DNA of 64,000 bases, taken from the NCBI GenBank assembly GCA_010093605.1, contig MU004181.1:1550001-1614000 (forward strand), written 5' to 3'. Positions within the stretch are counted from its first letter, which is position 1. Every line of letters begins with the position of its first letter. Shown in pieces: positions 47,843 through 60,108 of the stretch. The position numbers and the translations under genes were made by a program. A model generated the notes under the pieces. The model was not told the origin of the DNA and searched no databases. It saw only the letters and a program-made list of their open reading frames with translations. This DNA is from Lophium mytilinum. Taxonomy: Eukaryota.

Positions 47843-50701
47843 TTAGCTCCCTTGCCTAGTTTGGTTCCCTTGGAAAAGAAATCCCGGATATTCCTGGAAG
47901 TAGCTAGACGGCACTTGAGTCCCTTCGCTGACCGTAGCACTTGTTCCTGGCGCTTGATTCTGGTTGCTAAACATGTGGCCAAAATCCTGCTGCATTTCCC
48001 GAGGGTCCATGAATTGGGCCTGGACGTCGAACACGGGACTCGTGGCACCAAAAGGCCGCGGATGGAGACCTGGCGATTCAAACGGCGTAGTGAACTGCGG
48101 AAACTCAAATCCAGGCTGCACGTAGCCAGCATGACTCTGCATTTCGAAGAGCGGGTCCGGGAACAGGTTTTCAATGCCGCCAGCATTGGTGATCATATCT
48201 TGAAAGATGTTTTCGGCGGCACTAGCTGCCTCCTCTTCTTGCTCCACACCCAGCATGTCAGCAACGGTCATGTCGAGCTGCGGCGCTAGGTTCTGTACAA
48301 CAGCAACGATGAGCCTGTACCCGCGGTAGGCGAGCGGGTCATTCATGCCCATTGCCTTGAGCCATCGGATGAGTTTTTGGAGGTGCTGCAGAATATCTTT
48401 CTTTTCTCCTGCACCGGGGGCGTGGTGAGTGCGGTGGTATAGCTCCAAGAGGAAAATGGTGACTGCTTGCATCATGTTGTGAACGACAAACCACCAAGGG
48501 CCGTTTTTGTACGGGAAGGTGGGATCGACGTGTTTAGGGAAGAGATTGGCAATCTGCTTGGCTGCTAGAATGCACAGAGATGCAGCGTATTGGTTGAACT
48601 TGTCCGACTGCTCGGTTTGATCCAGAATGCGGATATCGAGTCGACAGACACAAGGGCGAGTGATGATTATGAAGGCACTCCAGTACATCAGCGTCAATAT
48701 GCGAGTCTCGCGCTGGAATTCGGCTCCAACCCTGAATGGATCAGCGGTGAAAGGTTGCGGCAGGTTCTTGGCCCAATGGTCGAGCTCGTCTTTTAGATGC
48801 TTCATGGTGTTTTGCGTGTCCTCCCAGGACTTGGTTACAGTGTTCGCCGAGTAGAGATGTCTTACGGCCTTGTGGGTGATAACGGACACCTGCGTCGTTG
48901 CGCGGAAGAAGATACCTGCGGGGTGTGAGTTGACTTCGGGCATATATATCAGGAAGTACTAACTTTTCGGATGCGCCTGTGCGGTCAGTGTTGAGTGTGG
49001 GCTCCCTATGCTATGTTGATCGAACCATTGCTGCAGTAGTTCCATTCCGTCGTCGTCGTCCATTGCGCTCTCATCAAGAGGTACTGGAAGGAAGATAGAG
49101 CAGTCTTCATCTGCGATCACGCTCGGACGGCCGGAAATGGTGCATATCAGGCGTTCTAAAGTATAGAGAGACCACCAAACCCGAACTCTGGCTTCCTTTA
49201 TCCTAACATCTGTGACAGGGTCTTCGTTTCGTACGTGTAAACCGAGGGTGTAAGCAAGGCGAACAGTGAGACCTAAATATTAGTTAAGTAGTGAACCGAG
49301 TAATTTTGATTCTTTCGAATAGCATAGAGTCTTTAGACTGACCCATAGTGTTAGAAGCTCTACACGGCCATTAGTACGAGTGATTTAGTCTGCGAATCCA
49401 GTCACATACCTCGATACCTGTCCGATTGAGAAGAGGTAAAAGCTAAGTAAGCCCAAGATTCGAACGCGTTCCAGGTCTGGATGAGCGATGAATGTGCTTT
49501 CAGTAATACCAAGTTTGCGAGCCTTGGTACTATACCTCAAATGGTCATGCTCGCCGACATGAAGGTCGCCATTCGCCAGATAGGAGAACTTGGCGCCAAT
49601 TGCAAATACCAGATTGAGCGTGGCCAGCATCTTGAATGAGTTTCGGTTCTGTTGGGCTGACTCGCTGAAGATAGAGTTGAAGTCCAAGTCGATTTCGTTT
49701 CTCGAAAGGATTGGGAAGGATTGATGAACAGTGCTCATATAACAGTAATAGAGATGCTTGGCCAAGTGTGGCGCGGGCAGGTAAAAAGGGTCCTCAACAG
49801 ATATGTCAACAGACTCATCGTCCATGAAGTAGGTCGACTGGCTGATTGATTCTTGGGCATCGTCAGAATACGCACTACGACGCAAGCGTCCAGCTGTGAC
49901 TCTCGCTGCAGAAGATGCGTCATCGTCGCCTGGAGGACCGAAGGTGTGGGGAATTTGAGTACTGAGTCCTTTGTCTTTTAGGTCAATTTGTAGTTTGAGG
50001 CGCCGAATCCACTGGATTACCGATGACTTGCCAATGAAACCAGTGGCTCTTGATTTTGTATCACGTATTAAATCTTCTTCTAGTACGTCTAAAGACTCGT
50101 TTGAGCCTGCATCAGCGGTTATCATGGATTCTCCACGCTTGTCATCATTCACCAGTCTCGAGAGAGCATTTGTGTCAGTCGTCGGAGGTGATAGCTTTGC
50201 TCTTTTGTTAGGCGGTGAAGATGTCTGAAGCTGTTCTTCGGCCTCGGCATCCTGGAGCAAATTAGCCCGCTACCGGGATCTCAGAGAGGATAAGCAATCG
50301 TACATCAAGAATAGCTTGGATTCGCTCTTGATCATGAGAGCTCTGACGAGCCCTCAGGTCTTCTAAAAGACTAAGAGCCCCTTCTAGCCGACTCGTGGCA
50401 CTGGTATTTGATCAGTCTACATCAGTCAAGAGGCGCGAGAGGAGACGAACACATGCAACTTGTCTCTGCGAGGTGGCGGATATTTGCAGAGGATGTCCAA
50501 CTTAGTGCAGTACACGCACTTGGGCAAGTCGCCGCTGCATTTGACCTTCCTCCTGCGGCAATTGATACACGCAAGTTCGGTACGAGATCGATCGCCTTGG
50601 GAGGTTTTGCTTGCAGCACCCCCGCTGCTAGAAGATTTGGGGGCAAGGAGACGAGGGATCGCAATCTTTCCGTGCGACAGCGGATTATGGGGGTGAGACA
50701 T
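47843..50701 (-). CDS. Zn(II)2Cys6 transcription factor with fungal-specific TF domain, multi-exon
   Basis: ACINCRRRKVKCSGDLPKCVYCTKLDILC; TVHQSFPIL; LGLHVRNED...RVRVWWSLYTLE. Includes a 17-nt micro-exon 49343-49359 and a probable 48-nt intron 48916-48963. Confidence 0.88.
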
Positions 50702-52466
50702 GGTGCGGTTTTGAGTAGAGTCCCGATGAATAGCCGGCATATAGAGAAAGCGCCTGAATACGTTGTAATCGCGGTTAAGATGACTCGGTACGGCCGACGT
50801 AGATGGCTGACGGTTCGTGACTGAGACAGAGGGTTGACGTGGACAGACGTTCCAGTCAAAGCAAGAAGAAGAAGTTGAACCAGAGTAGTGGGGAGAAATG
50901 AAGGGTGGTGCAATATAGTCCCCTTTACCGCCTCATGCACTATCTCTTCATTCAGATGCCTCTACGGGCACGGCTTGCTCAGGGGCACGTCGAGTGCGGA
51001 CGTGGATGTGGCACGGATTGCAGTCGAATTATGCTACTCGTGAGGGAGCAGGCATCGAAGTGCGGTTTCCAGGATTGCAGAGGGGCGTTTCTGTGGCAGC
51101 GATCGCGAACTCAGGGCGGGATGGAGACGATGAATGGCGTGAACAGTGGCGACCTTGACACACTGAGGCTTGTGGAGAGAACGGGCCGACGTCTCAGCTT
51201 CGGCAGCGGCTGGCACAGTCAGAGCCTGAGCGGATCGTCCTTCAATGGGCTTAGTTGGGCGGCGATGCAAAGGCTGGAGCATGGCAGGCGCGGCGTAGGC
51301 AGGCCATGTAGGATGGGAAGTTGGTGCTGGGACGCAGTACTAGGGGCACATAGTGTACCCTATGGCAATGCCACTTCGAGTGCTCACGCTCACCTGATAT
51401 GAAGATGCATTTGTAAAGCGTCTGGTCTGTCTGGATGCAGTCTGACAGCTTCTCGGTCAAGGGATGTGAGTTTGGTTGGTAATAGGCTTGAATGTTGGCA
51501 GAGATGCAGCATGGGCGCAGTGTCTGGGCATAGTAGCTTAGGACGAGGCACCGGTTGGCTGCCAGGTGCCCACTACAACGCACAGCCGTCTATATGTATT
51601 TTGTCGTCGTCGCGAGGTCTGGTCGGACTTGATTCCGGCACCGCGGGCTAGAAGACTCGTAGCTCGGTTGAGGAGAACAACGGCCAATCCGTCGACAAGG
51701 CTGAGGAGGCGGCTTTGTTGTCTCCCGGGTTGCAAAGGTGCATCGAAGGCTCCTTGAAATGTCGAATATCAAGTTTTCTACAGTTTAGGGAGCCCTCGAC
51801 GCATCTTCCCAGGCCCGTTTCAGAGTGTCCACTGGCCACGTTGCCAAGAGTATACAAAGCCAGGCTTGAAAGTGGACTGTGGCATCGTACTGGTAGGAAT
51901 TATTCCAGTACCAGACACTTAACTAGATGCGGTTAACTGCTGCGCTTGATATAGAATACTGAAGTGTGACCATCCAAGCCCACTGCTCTACTCGGGCAGC
52001 GTACGTCAAGTGGGACATACCGTGCAAACATCCACAACTGCCGTAAAACCAAATAGACTGATGCTTGCGAACCTATTTTCGAATGGAAACCCAGCTTGAT
52101 GTGAGCAGAGTTGAAAGGCGGAAGATGCAGAGTTGATGATGATCCTGGCCAGGGGAACTCGGCGCTTTTCATCGTCATGCCACCCGTGCATTTACCTGCA
52201 CTGGGCCGAGGCACCTCCCCGCCGTTTACTCCACCATGAGGCTCCAGAAGAAATGCTCCACGCATGACCTCGAACCACCATCTGTTGCTTCAGCCGAAGT
52301 TACTGCTCTCACCCCACGTCTGCAGCGGCTCTCGCTGGTAGGCCAGAGCTATCCGGGTGTGCGCGTGTCCGAGAAGTATGCTTGTCCGAGATCACGGAGC
52401 TTACCCAGGTATAATTTATTCTGACTCACATCAGTCTTCTTCTACACAACCTCGACCTTTTGTAGT

Positions 52467-52536
52467 ACTCCTATACATCCTCCTAGATCCAATCGACCAC
52501 TCCTATACATCCTCCTTAAATCTAATCGACCACTCC
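52467..52536. repeat. Short tandem duplication (32-33 nt, ~2 copies) just upstream of the CAB2 ATG
   Basis: ACTCCTATACATCCTCCTAGATCCAATCGACC followed by ACTCCTATACATCCTCCTTAAATCTAATCGACC. Confidence 0.85.
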
Positions 52537-52554
52537 CCGCCCCAAGGCGTTGCA

Positions 52555-53694
52555 ATGGACGCCCAAAGCCCCGCCGAGGGCGCCGAAAGCTACTACTTCA
52601 CGCACAACCCACCCCCAAAGTCCCTCCAATCCAACGTCACCCTCGCGCGCGAATTCATCCACCGCCACGCCGAAGAAGGCCGGCGCGTCGTGCTCGTCAC
52701 CTCGGGCGGGACCACGGTGCCGCTCGAGACGCAAACGGTGCGCTACATCGACAACTTCTCCGCTGGCACGCGCGGCGCGACCTCCGCCGAGTACTTCCTC
52801 GAGGAAGGCTACGCCGTCATCTTCCTGCACCGCCAGTTCTCGCTGCTGCCCTACTCGCGCCACTACTCGCACAACACGCGCAGCTTCCTCGACTTCATGA
52901 AGGAGGACAACGGCCGCGTCGTCGTCGACGAGCAGCACCAACAGGAGATGCTGCGCGTGCTGCGCCAGTACGAGGCCGCCCAGCGCGACAATAAATTGCT
53001 GATCCTGAGCTTCGTCACCATCACCGAGTACGTGTGGGAGCTGCGCGAGGTGGCCAAGCTCATGCGCCCGCTGGGGCCGAACGCCCTGTTCTACCTCGCG
53101 GCTGCCGTTTCCGACTTCTTCGTCCCCCACGACCGCATGGTTGAGCATAAGATTCAGTCGACGGAGAAGTTCAATGCGGATAGTAGTGCCAACACAACTC
53201 CTGGCGGGAAACTGCCCGCGGCACGCACCGAGGGGCGCAGTCTGATCATCGATCTGGAGCCCGTGCCCAAGTTCCTCAAGCAGCTGGTGGACGGCTGGGC
53301 GCCCGAGGGCATGATTGTGAGCTTCAAGCTGGAGACGGACCCGTCAATCCTCGTCAAGAAGGCGCAGTATTCGCTCGAGAGATACGCTCATCACTTGGTC
53401 ATTGGTAATCTGCTCATGACCCGGAAGTGGGAAGTCGTCTTTGTGTCAGAGATGGATGGCGAGAAATGGATACGTGTTCCTCGCAATCGGCGCACGAGGA
53501 GTATATCCGGCATTGAAGCGCTGATTGGCAAAGCAGCAGCGGCAGCAGCCGCAAAGGGACACTCTGCAGAGTCGCCTACGCTAACAGCAGAGGTTCTAGA
53601 AGGCGATCCAGCACAGGAGATCGAGTCTCTCATTATCCCAGCGGTCGCCGAGATGCACACCAAGATGATAGCCAAGGCGTCGAAGAAGAATTAA
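52555..53694 (+). CDS. CAB2: Phosphopantothenate-cysteine ligase (CoA biosynthesis)
   Basis: [14 protein letters not shown]...[43 protein letters not shown]. Confidence 0.95.
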   Translation: MDAQSPAEGAESYYFTHNPPPKSLQSNVTLAREFIHRHAEEGRRVVLVTSGGTTVPLETQTVRYIDNFSAGTRGATSAEYFLEEGYAVIFLHRQFSLLPYSRHYSHNTRSFLDFMKEDNGRVVVDEQHQQEMLRVLRQYEAAQRDNKLLILSFVTITEYVWELREVAKLMRPLGPNALFYLAAAVSDFFVPHDRMVEHKIQSTEKFNADSSANTTPGGKLPAARTEGRSLIIDLEPVPKFLKQLVDGWAPEGMIVSFKLETDPSILVKKAQYSLERYAHHLVIGNLLMTRKWEVVFVSEMDGEKWIRVPRNRRTRSISGIEALIGKAAAAAAAKGHSAESPTLTAEVLEGDPAQEIESLIIPAVAEMHTKMIAKASKKN

Positions 53695-54277
53695 AAGCAG
53701 ACAGCTCACTCCACTTCGGCATATATGGCGTCCACCCAACTGGTCTGGTCCTAAGACGTGGCTTGGTCATTTGAGTCTGCCATTTCCACAGTGCCTGGCC
53801 AGAAGTCTATCCATGCGCTCACCATCTTTTGAGGTGCTTTGACAGACTATAGAACTTCCGATGACGTTAAAATGGCTTAAAGACTGAATCAGAGAGGTTT
53901 CACACACGCACAGTGGGCCTAATTGGGTGCTTTAGCAAGTTATTACAGCTCTGGAAGAGTTCAACAGACGATATACCCAAACTTGTGTCCTAGTACTGTA
54001 CTATGTAGACTCAGGATCCTCAGGTTGGTCTTATAGCATTGGTTTATGCAGAATGCAAGACATGCGATGTGCTGGTCACTTTCGCAGCCGGAGCTTCTGC
54101 TGGTTGATTCTGATATCAGAATCAGGAGACGCGCAGTAAAGCCGCCGTTTCGGCCAGCCTGTGCGATTCTGTAGGCCGTCCTGAGACCCTTAGCAACCAC
54201 ACCAAGTTGCTCCCTTAGAGTAGATAGATTCAAAAGCATCGTTGCTGTGACGGTAGCAGGACCGACCGGCGACCCGC

Positions 54278-56142
54278 TCAACCGTCATCGCCGTCGCTCT
54301 CTTCCTCATCCGCAGAACTCCTTTCTAGATCCCCCAAACCATCCTCGCTGCTATGGCTCTCTTCTCCCTCTTCCATAACCTCATCCTTGCCGCCGCGAAC
54401 CACCTTTTCCTTAGTATCACCCTCCTCATCGTCGGTAATTTCCTCGCTGTCGGCCATAACCTCATCGTCGTCACTACTTTCCTCCTCCTGATCACTCCCA
54501 TCTGTACCCGCCGCTGCATGGCCTTTTGGTTTTGCGAACAATCTCGCTCTTCTCCTTGCTTTTCTTGCCTCTCTCTTCGCTTCCAAATCCACCCAACTCC
54601 TCCTTTCCTGCTTCAGTTGTGTGATCTGCCCAAACGTAACCTTCTGTATCTCTTGCAACTTTTTGAACCTAACCTTCAACTCCTCGAGCTGCTCATTTGC
54701 AGTATGCGCAGCCTCTTCGCCGGGCGGCGCAAGCGGCAGGAAGTCCACAGACTTTGACGATGTGTGTTGCGACCCGCCATCCCAAGCCGCCAGCTCCGCC
54801 AGACCTTCATCCATCAACTCGTCGGGGAACGATGAATGTGTGAGCGCCTTTTCAAACAAGCTCAGCCCAGCCACTCCTCTCTCTGCCGTTGTGGCAGATA
54901 TAGTCGACGTATTCAGCCGGCCGGTCAATTGCACATTCATCGTATATAGTGCTGGTACGACCCCGACTGCACGGTCTCCATTTCCGGCTTCCGGCCTAGG
55001 TTTCACCACCGCTGGGATCTTGAACTTGGTTTCTTTTGTCTCTGGCCACCCTGTCGGCTCCAAGAAGCTTAGGTTGGTAACCGCGCCTGGCAGATTGCCA
55101 AGTGTCGAGGAGTATGCGCCCTTTGCGACATCCCAGGATGCAATCTTCCCGCTCTCATGGCCTGAAATCAGAGCAGTGCCGTCCCAATTCAATGAGATGG
55201 ACAGTGCAGGACCGAGGTTTTGGCTTGTGGCGTTGAAACGGGTACGTGGAGGAGGTTGAAGCGGACGATGAGCGTGCGTAGGATCGTGGAGGATGTTAGT
55301 AGCAGACGCAGATGCTACGGCATCTCCGGCGAAGAAGTCGATGGTCTGGATGCTGCCGTCTGCGTATGCGGCATGGACGGCGCGGTCTGCGGGGTCGAGA
55401 ACGAGCGCTTGTGGTGTGGCTTCTAGCAGATATGTCCGTAGCAGCGTTCCTGTCTGGTAGTTCCATACTATGGCAGAGTTGTCGGACGAGGCTGAGACGG
55501 CGATATTGGCGGAGCTGGTGCTGTGGCCAACTGCGAGGGCTGTGACGGGGCCGCGGTGGATAGAGAGTGTGTGTAGTGGTGCGCGAGAGGTATCTGGGGC
55601 GAAGGAGAGGAGGGCTGGTAGCGACCACACGTGGATCTGTGAGTCGGGAGAGCCGGAGAGGAAGAAATTGGAGGTTGGATCGACAGCGAGGCTTGTTACG
55701 CGCTGGAGATGCGATGGTGGTGTTGATACGAGTCGGCTGGTGCATATCTACTCATAAATTAATACATATGCCCTTGAACATGTACAGCTCATGGCGATAG
55801 TACCTCCCAAACTAATATCCTTCCCCCTTCTGTTCCGAGCAACAGCACGCTGTCCTCCGCTGCGAGCGCTAGACTGTGTATGCGCTCTTGAAACGGCACC
55901 AACAATTCCTGGTTCCCCTTCTCCCGGCTATATACGTGTACCACCGCCTTGTCTGCTTGCGCAGCAAATATGTGTGTTGCGCTCACGGCAATGCAGTTTC
56001 GTGGGGCGGCGCTCTTCTTGAAAGCTGCACGCTGGGCGGCCATGGGCTGGAACTCATGGACGAAGATGCCCACGTCTCTCGTGACGCCCGTATTCGGCCT
56101 CGAGGGGGCTGCAATCGCAGCAACAAACTGTTCGGTGAGCAT
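54278..56142 (-). CDS. IPI3: Pre-rRNA processing WD40 protein Ipi3 (WDR18), 2 exons
   Basis: FAAQADKAVVHVYSREKGNQE, GTEGGRILVWE, WD repeats, coiled coil and acidic tail. Intron 55748-55803. Confidence 0.88.
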
Positions 56143-56323
56143 GGCCGCGGTTGGTGTGGGATGGGTAGAGCTCCGGGAGCTGCTGCGAAAGTTCAGACGG
56201 GAAATAATTTTTGGAGAGTCCGAGCTCAGCCCTACAGAACGCCGACGTCAGCCTTGCCTTAAACCTGTGACTCCATCGCTCACACCACGCCCATTTGCAT
56301 CTCCGACAACCTATAAACACTTC

Positions 56324-57286
56324 ATGCCACCCAATGGCCGCATAAACCAACTCCTGCATCACCTCCTCCGCCGAAAATCTCCACAAACCTCACCCCTCCA
56401 CCTCCTTCACGCCCCCTCCATCATGGGCTCCGCGCCGCCCTCCCCCACCAAGCCTCTCAAAATCCTGATGCTCCACGGCTTCACGCAATCCGGCCCCTCC
56501 TTCCGCGCCAAAACGCGCGCGCTCGAAAAGAACCTCCAAAAAGCCTTCCCGGCCGGCGTCTCCCTCGTCTACCCCACCGCGCCGCTCCGCCTCGCCGCCG
56601 CCGACATCCCCTTCACACTCCCCTCCGCCGCCGACACACCCGCCGGTCAGGAGCCCGAACAACCCGACGCGTGGGCCTGGTGGCGGCGCAAGGGCGACCG
56701 CGAACCGTACACGTACGAGGGCATCGAGCAGGGCCTCGACACCATCGCCGACGTGCTGAAGCGCGAGGGCCCGTTCGATGGAGTGATTGGGTTTTCGCAG
56801 GGCGGCGCGATGAGCGCTATGGTCGCGTCGCTGCTGGAGCCCGGGCGGCGGGAGGCATTTGAGAAGCTGTATAAAGAGGGTTGTATGCGGTACCCGGAGA
56901 GCTTTGAGGCGGATACGGGGTTCATCACTGAGACGGTCCATCCGCCGTTGAAGTTTGCGGTTAGTTATTCGGGGTTTGCGGCGAGGGGGGTAGAGAGCTA
57001 TCGGGGGTTTTATGAGCCGAAGATTGCAACGCCGATGCTGCATTTTCTGGGGACGTTAGACGCGGTGGTGGAGGAGGCGAGGAGTTTGGCGTTGGTGGAG
57101 AGGTGTGAGAAGAGTGAGGGACGGGTGGTGTATCATCCAGGAGGCCATTTCTTGCCGAGTAGTCAGAAGGCATACGTGGCAGCGCTGGTGGGATTCATCA
57201 AGGAGGTAATAGCGGAAGTGGCGGCTGGAGAGAAAGGCACAGCGGGCAAAGAGGAGAGTGTTGAAGATATGGATGTGCCATTTTGA
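56324..57286 (+). CDS. FSH1/OVCA2-family serine hydrolase (alternative starts 56324 and 56423)
   Basis: LKILMLHGFTQSG, GPFDGVIGFSQG (nucleophile), GTLDAVV, HPGGH. Confidence 0.9.
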   Translation: MPPNGRINQLLHHLLRRKSPQTSPLHLLHAPSIMGSAPPSPTKPLKILMLHGFTQSGPSFRAKTRALEKNLQKAFPAGVSLVYPTAPLRLAAADIPFTLPSAADTPAGQEPEQPDAWAWWRRKGDREPYTYEGIEQGLDTIADVLKREGPFDGVIGFSQGGAMSAMVASLLEPGRREAFEKLYKEGCMRYPESFEADTGFITETVHPPLKFAVSYSGFAARGVESYRGFYEPKIATPMLHFLGTLDAVVEEARSLALVERCEKSEGRVVYHPGGHFLPSSQKAYVAALVGFIKEVIAEVAAGEKGTAGKEESVEDMDVPF

Positions 57287-57472
57287 GGTCATCACAAGAG
57301 GCGGGATTGCTTTTGCGTTTGCATGAAACACCATTAGAATAGAAGGCGTTGAGGCATAGACGTCTATATTACAACGCGCCAAAGAGCGCGGAGCCAAGAT
57401 GATATAGAAGGCTCGCATGATCTAGACTTATTAGCAACCATGAACAGTCCGAGTTCCCTGTCAGTCGTCCAC

Positions 57473-59152
57473 TTAGTGCGCCTTGCCCGTCTTCGATTTC
57501 TCAACCTTCTTTGGCTGGATACGGGCCATCATCTCCTCCTTGGTGATGAGGTGGTCGATCCTCTCCAACAAACCCAGCAGGCTCTTCATGTTGCCGCTCC
57601 ACTCGTTCAACACATCGTCGGCGTCCCTGGGCTTCGCAAAATTGACAATGCGTGCTGGCCGGTCGATCTTGGCGTAGATGGTCTTCGCGGTCACAAGTTC
57701 GCTGATGTACTTCTCTGTCTCGTCCTCTTTGAGATCCAGAAGCTGTGTCAGGCGTGGTATTTGAATCCGGGTGTAGTACTTGGCCACAACACGGACATTG
57801 TGCTCAATGACACGCTTCCGAAGATCGTCCCATCGCTTGAACGCCTGTGGGTCATCCGGGTCTTTCTCATCGTCGAAGACATCGGTGCTGCAGAGGTGGC
57901 TACCAAATTGCTTGGCGACCATCGGCCATCTCATCAACTCAGGGACTGTGTACAGCTTGACCAATTGAGCGTCTTCGGGTATTTGAGTGTTTCGTGAATC
58001 GCGGTGAATGCGGTGGAGGAGATCGGATTGCTCGTTGTCGTAGGGGGCGAGGATGACGTAGTAGATCACTCGTTGAAGGACCTAATACTCAATCAGTAGA
58101 CGTCAAGAACACTTTGATGGTTCAACTTACCGCTCGTAATTGCTCGGGATTCTCCTCCACGGCCTCAGTATCGAGAACCTGCCGGTAATGCTTGCAGACA
58201 TCCAAGTACTTCTCCTCATGTTTGGCCAGTAGGATCTGCTGCTCATAGTACTTCAGCTTGAGGTCCGTAACATCGTCTTCCGGCTCCACAGGAGGGTCAT
58301 CCGCGCTTCTCTTCTTCTCCGCCTCCTCCCGCGCCTTCTGGTCCTTCTCCAACTGCTCTGGGGTCTTCTTCGGCCTCCGTGTAAAGTATTTGGTGCCGAT
58401 CTTCCGGCTCAAGATGCCGGCCTGTGTCCAGTCGCCCTTCTCTATGCAAAGAGACACCTGCTGCAAGATGAACTCGGTCTTCTCCCGACGTGACATCGAT
58501 CCAAACGTCTCAACCTGGAGTTCGCACAAAATATCGGTAGCGGCATTGATATCGCCTTGCTCCTTCTTAATGTTGGACAGAATGCGGGTTATTTGCGCTC
58601 GCTCGACTTCGACGAAGATCTAATAGCCATATTAATCATCAGAACCTTGCGTAAACTAGGAATTTGCCTACCTTGCCCTCCGTCACCGTCCGCAGCGTCT
58701 CGATGACGGTCAACTTCGTCTCCAAATTCGGCACATCGTCTAGGAAACCCATCACCACCTGCACCATCTTCGTGATTGCCTGCTTGAGCTGTCCATGTTT
58801 CTTGGACAGCAGCAGCACTTGCTCGTTCAGCAGACTCCAGTCCCCAGTTTCTTTTGCTGTTGTGACTATGGCGACGATGACGCGAGATGTAGAGGCAAGA
58901 TCGGATGCCTGGATGTTGTTAATACGGGACCGGAGGACTTGGAGGTGGCGGGGGACGTACTTGTCGCGTTTGCTTCTCTAGTAACAAGAGCTTCTCGATA
59001 GCGGCCTGGACATTGCTCTGCATTCCGTCAGCTGGAGGCTCTATAAGTTCACCTCTGACACGAACCTTCGCAAGCTCTTGTGCCTCTGGCAACACTTTGT
59101 CCGTCTCTTTCGAGAAATCCTTGTCGGCCTTGAGCACCGGTCCGTCGGACAT
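57473..59152 (-). CDS. RPN5: 26S proteasome lid subunit Rpn5 (PSMD12), multi-exon
   Basis: LLLEKQTRQ, LSKKHGQLKQAITKMVQ, ELQVETFGSM, PCI-domain RVIEHNVRVVAKYY, AKIDRPA, HLITKEEM. Confidence 0.95.
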
Positions 59153-60108
59153 GATGATAGTTGGTGCGCTTTCGTTGGCGCTATCTCGAAATCAAGGGTT
59201 CTGAGTAGCGGAGGGTGGTGGGCGGCTGAATATTGGAGGTGAGGGCGTGGAGGTAGGTCGTTGATGAGGCTCCAATGGTTCAACGTAGCTGTGTCCTCTG
59301 CACGTGACGAAAATATCGCCAAGCGAAATCGGACCGACTTCCATCTCAACTTCATCTCATCCACTCTCACGTATGTCGACACCAGCACAGGTAAGTTCCG
59401 CAAGATTATATAGTTAGTAAGCCAGACATGTTCTTCTATTCTCAATCAAATTCTTCGTCACTCTAGATCTTGTCAGCTGTCTAGCTATCTGTTATGTGAC
59501 GTTGCTATGTAGACCTAGACTTCCCGGAACAATCTCAAGACGAGCAATTCGTGCTCCATTTCGCCTACACGAGGAAAGACAATTGGTATGTCAGTAAGTA
59601 TATGGTGAAATAATGCTCTACGCGTCTTCTCTGGTTATCGTGTCCAATGCACTACAGAGATCGTATCGTGTTCTCACTATTCTAGTCTCCTTGGCCTTTC
59701 TCTACTATCTGAAGCCTAAGTCGCAAAATCCTACTCGACTTGTCCTAGCGAACTTCGAGCTTGCACACATACATAATATCATAGACGCAATGGGGGAACT
59801 AGGGCAACAGCTGGCACCAACGTCGCGCAGTACGCTGCCTACCTACCACATGACAATGCGCACGGACCTATTTGTGAACTAGGAGTGATCTTGGCGTATC
59901 TGAGAATCTTCTAGACTGTCTGCAAGAAACCTTTCCTTGACGCGTATGATTCTCTTGAAGTACTTTCAAAACAGCCGGAGAGCTTGGAGTTTGATCTACA
60001 ACACATCCAACACCAACGGCAATCACTATATTTGGCTGCACAGAAGTGCATTCACCTGCAGTCCTAGTGTCACAGATTATGCTGTCTATCCCCTCCGCGA
60101 TCTAAATC

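Noticed and set aside
55949..56323. Long 5' extension of the FSH ORF overlapping IPI3 antisense
   Set aside because: Non-ATG start in the ORF track and an antisense shadow of IPI3 exon 1; no protein-like features.
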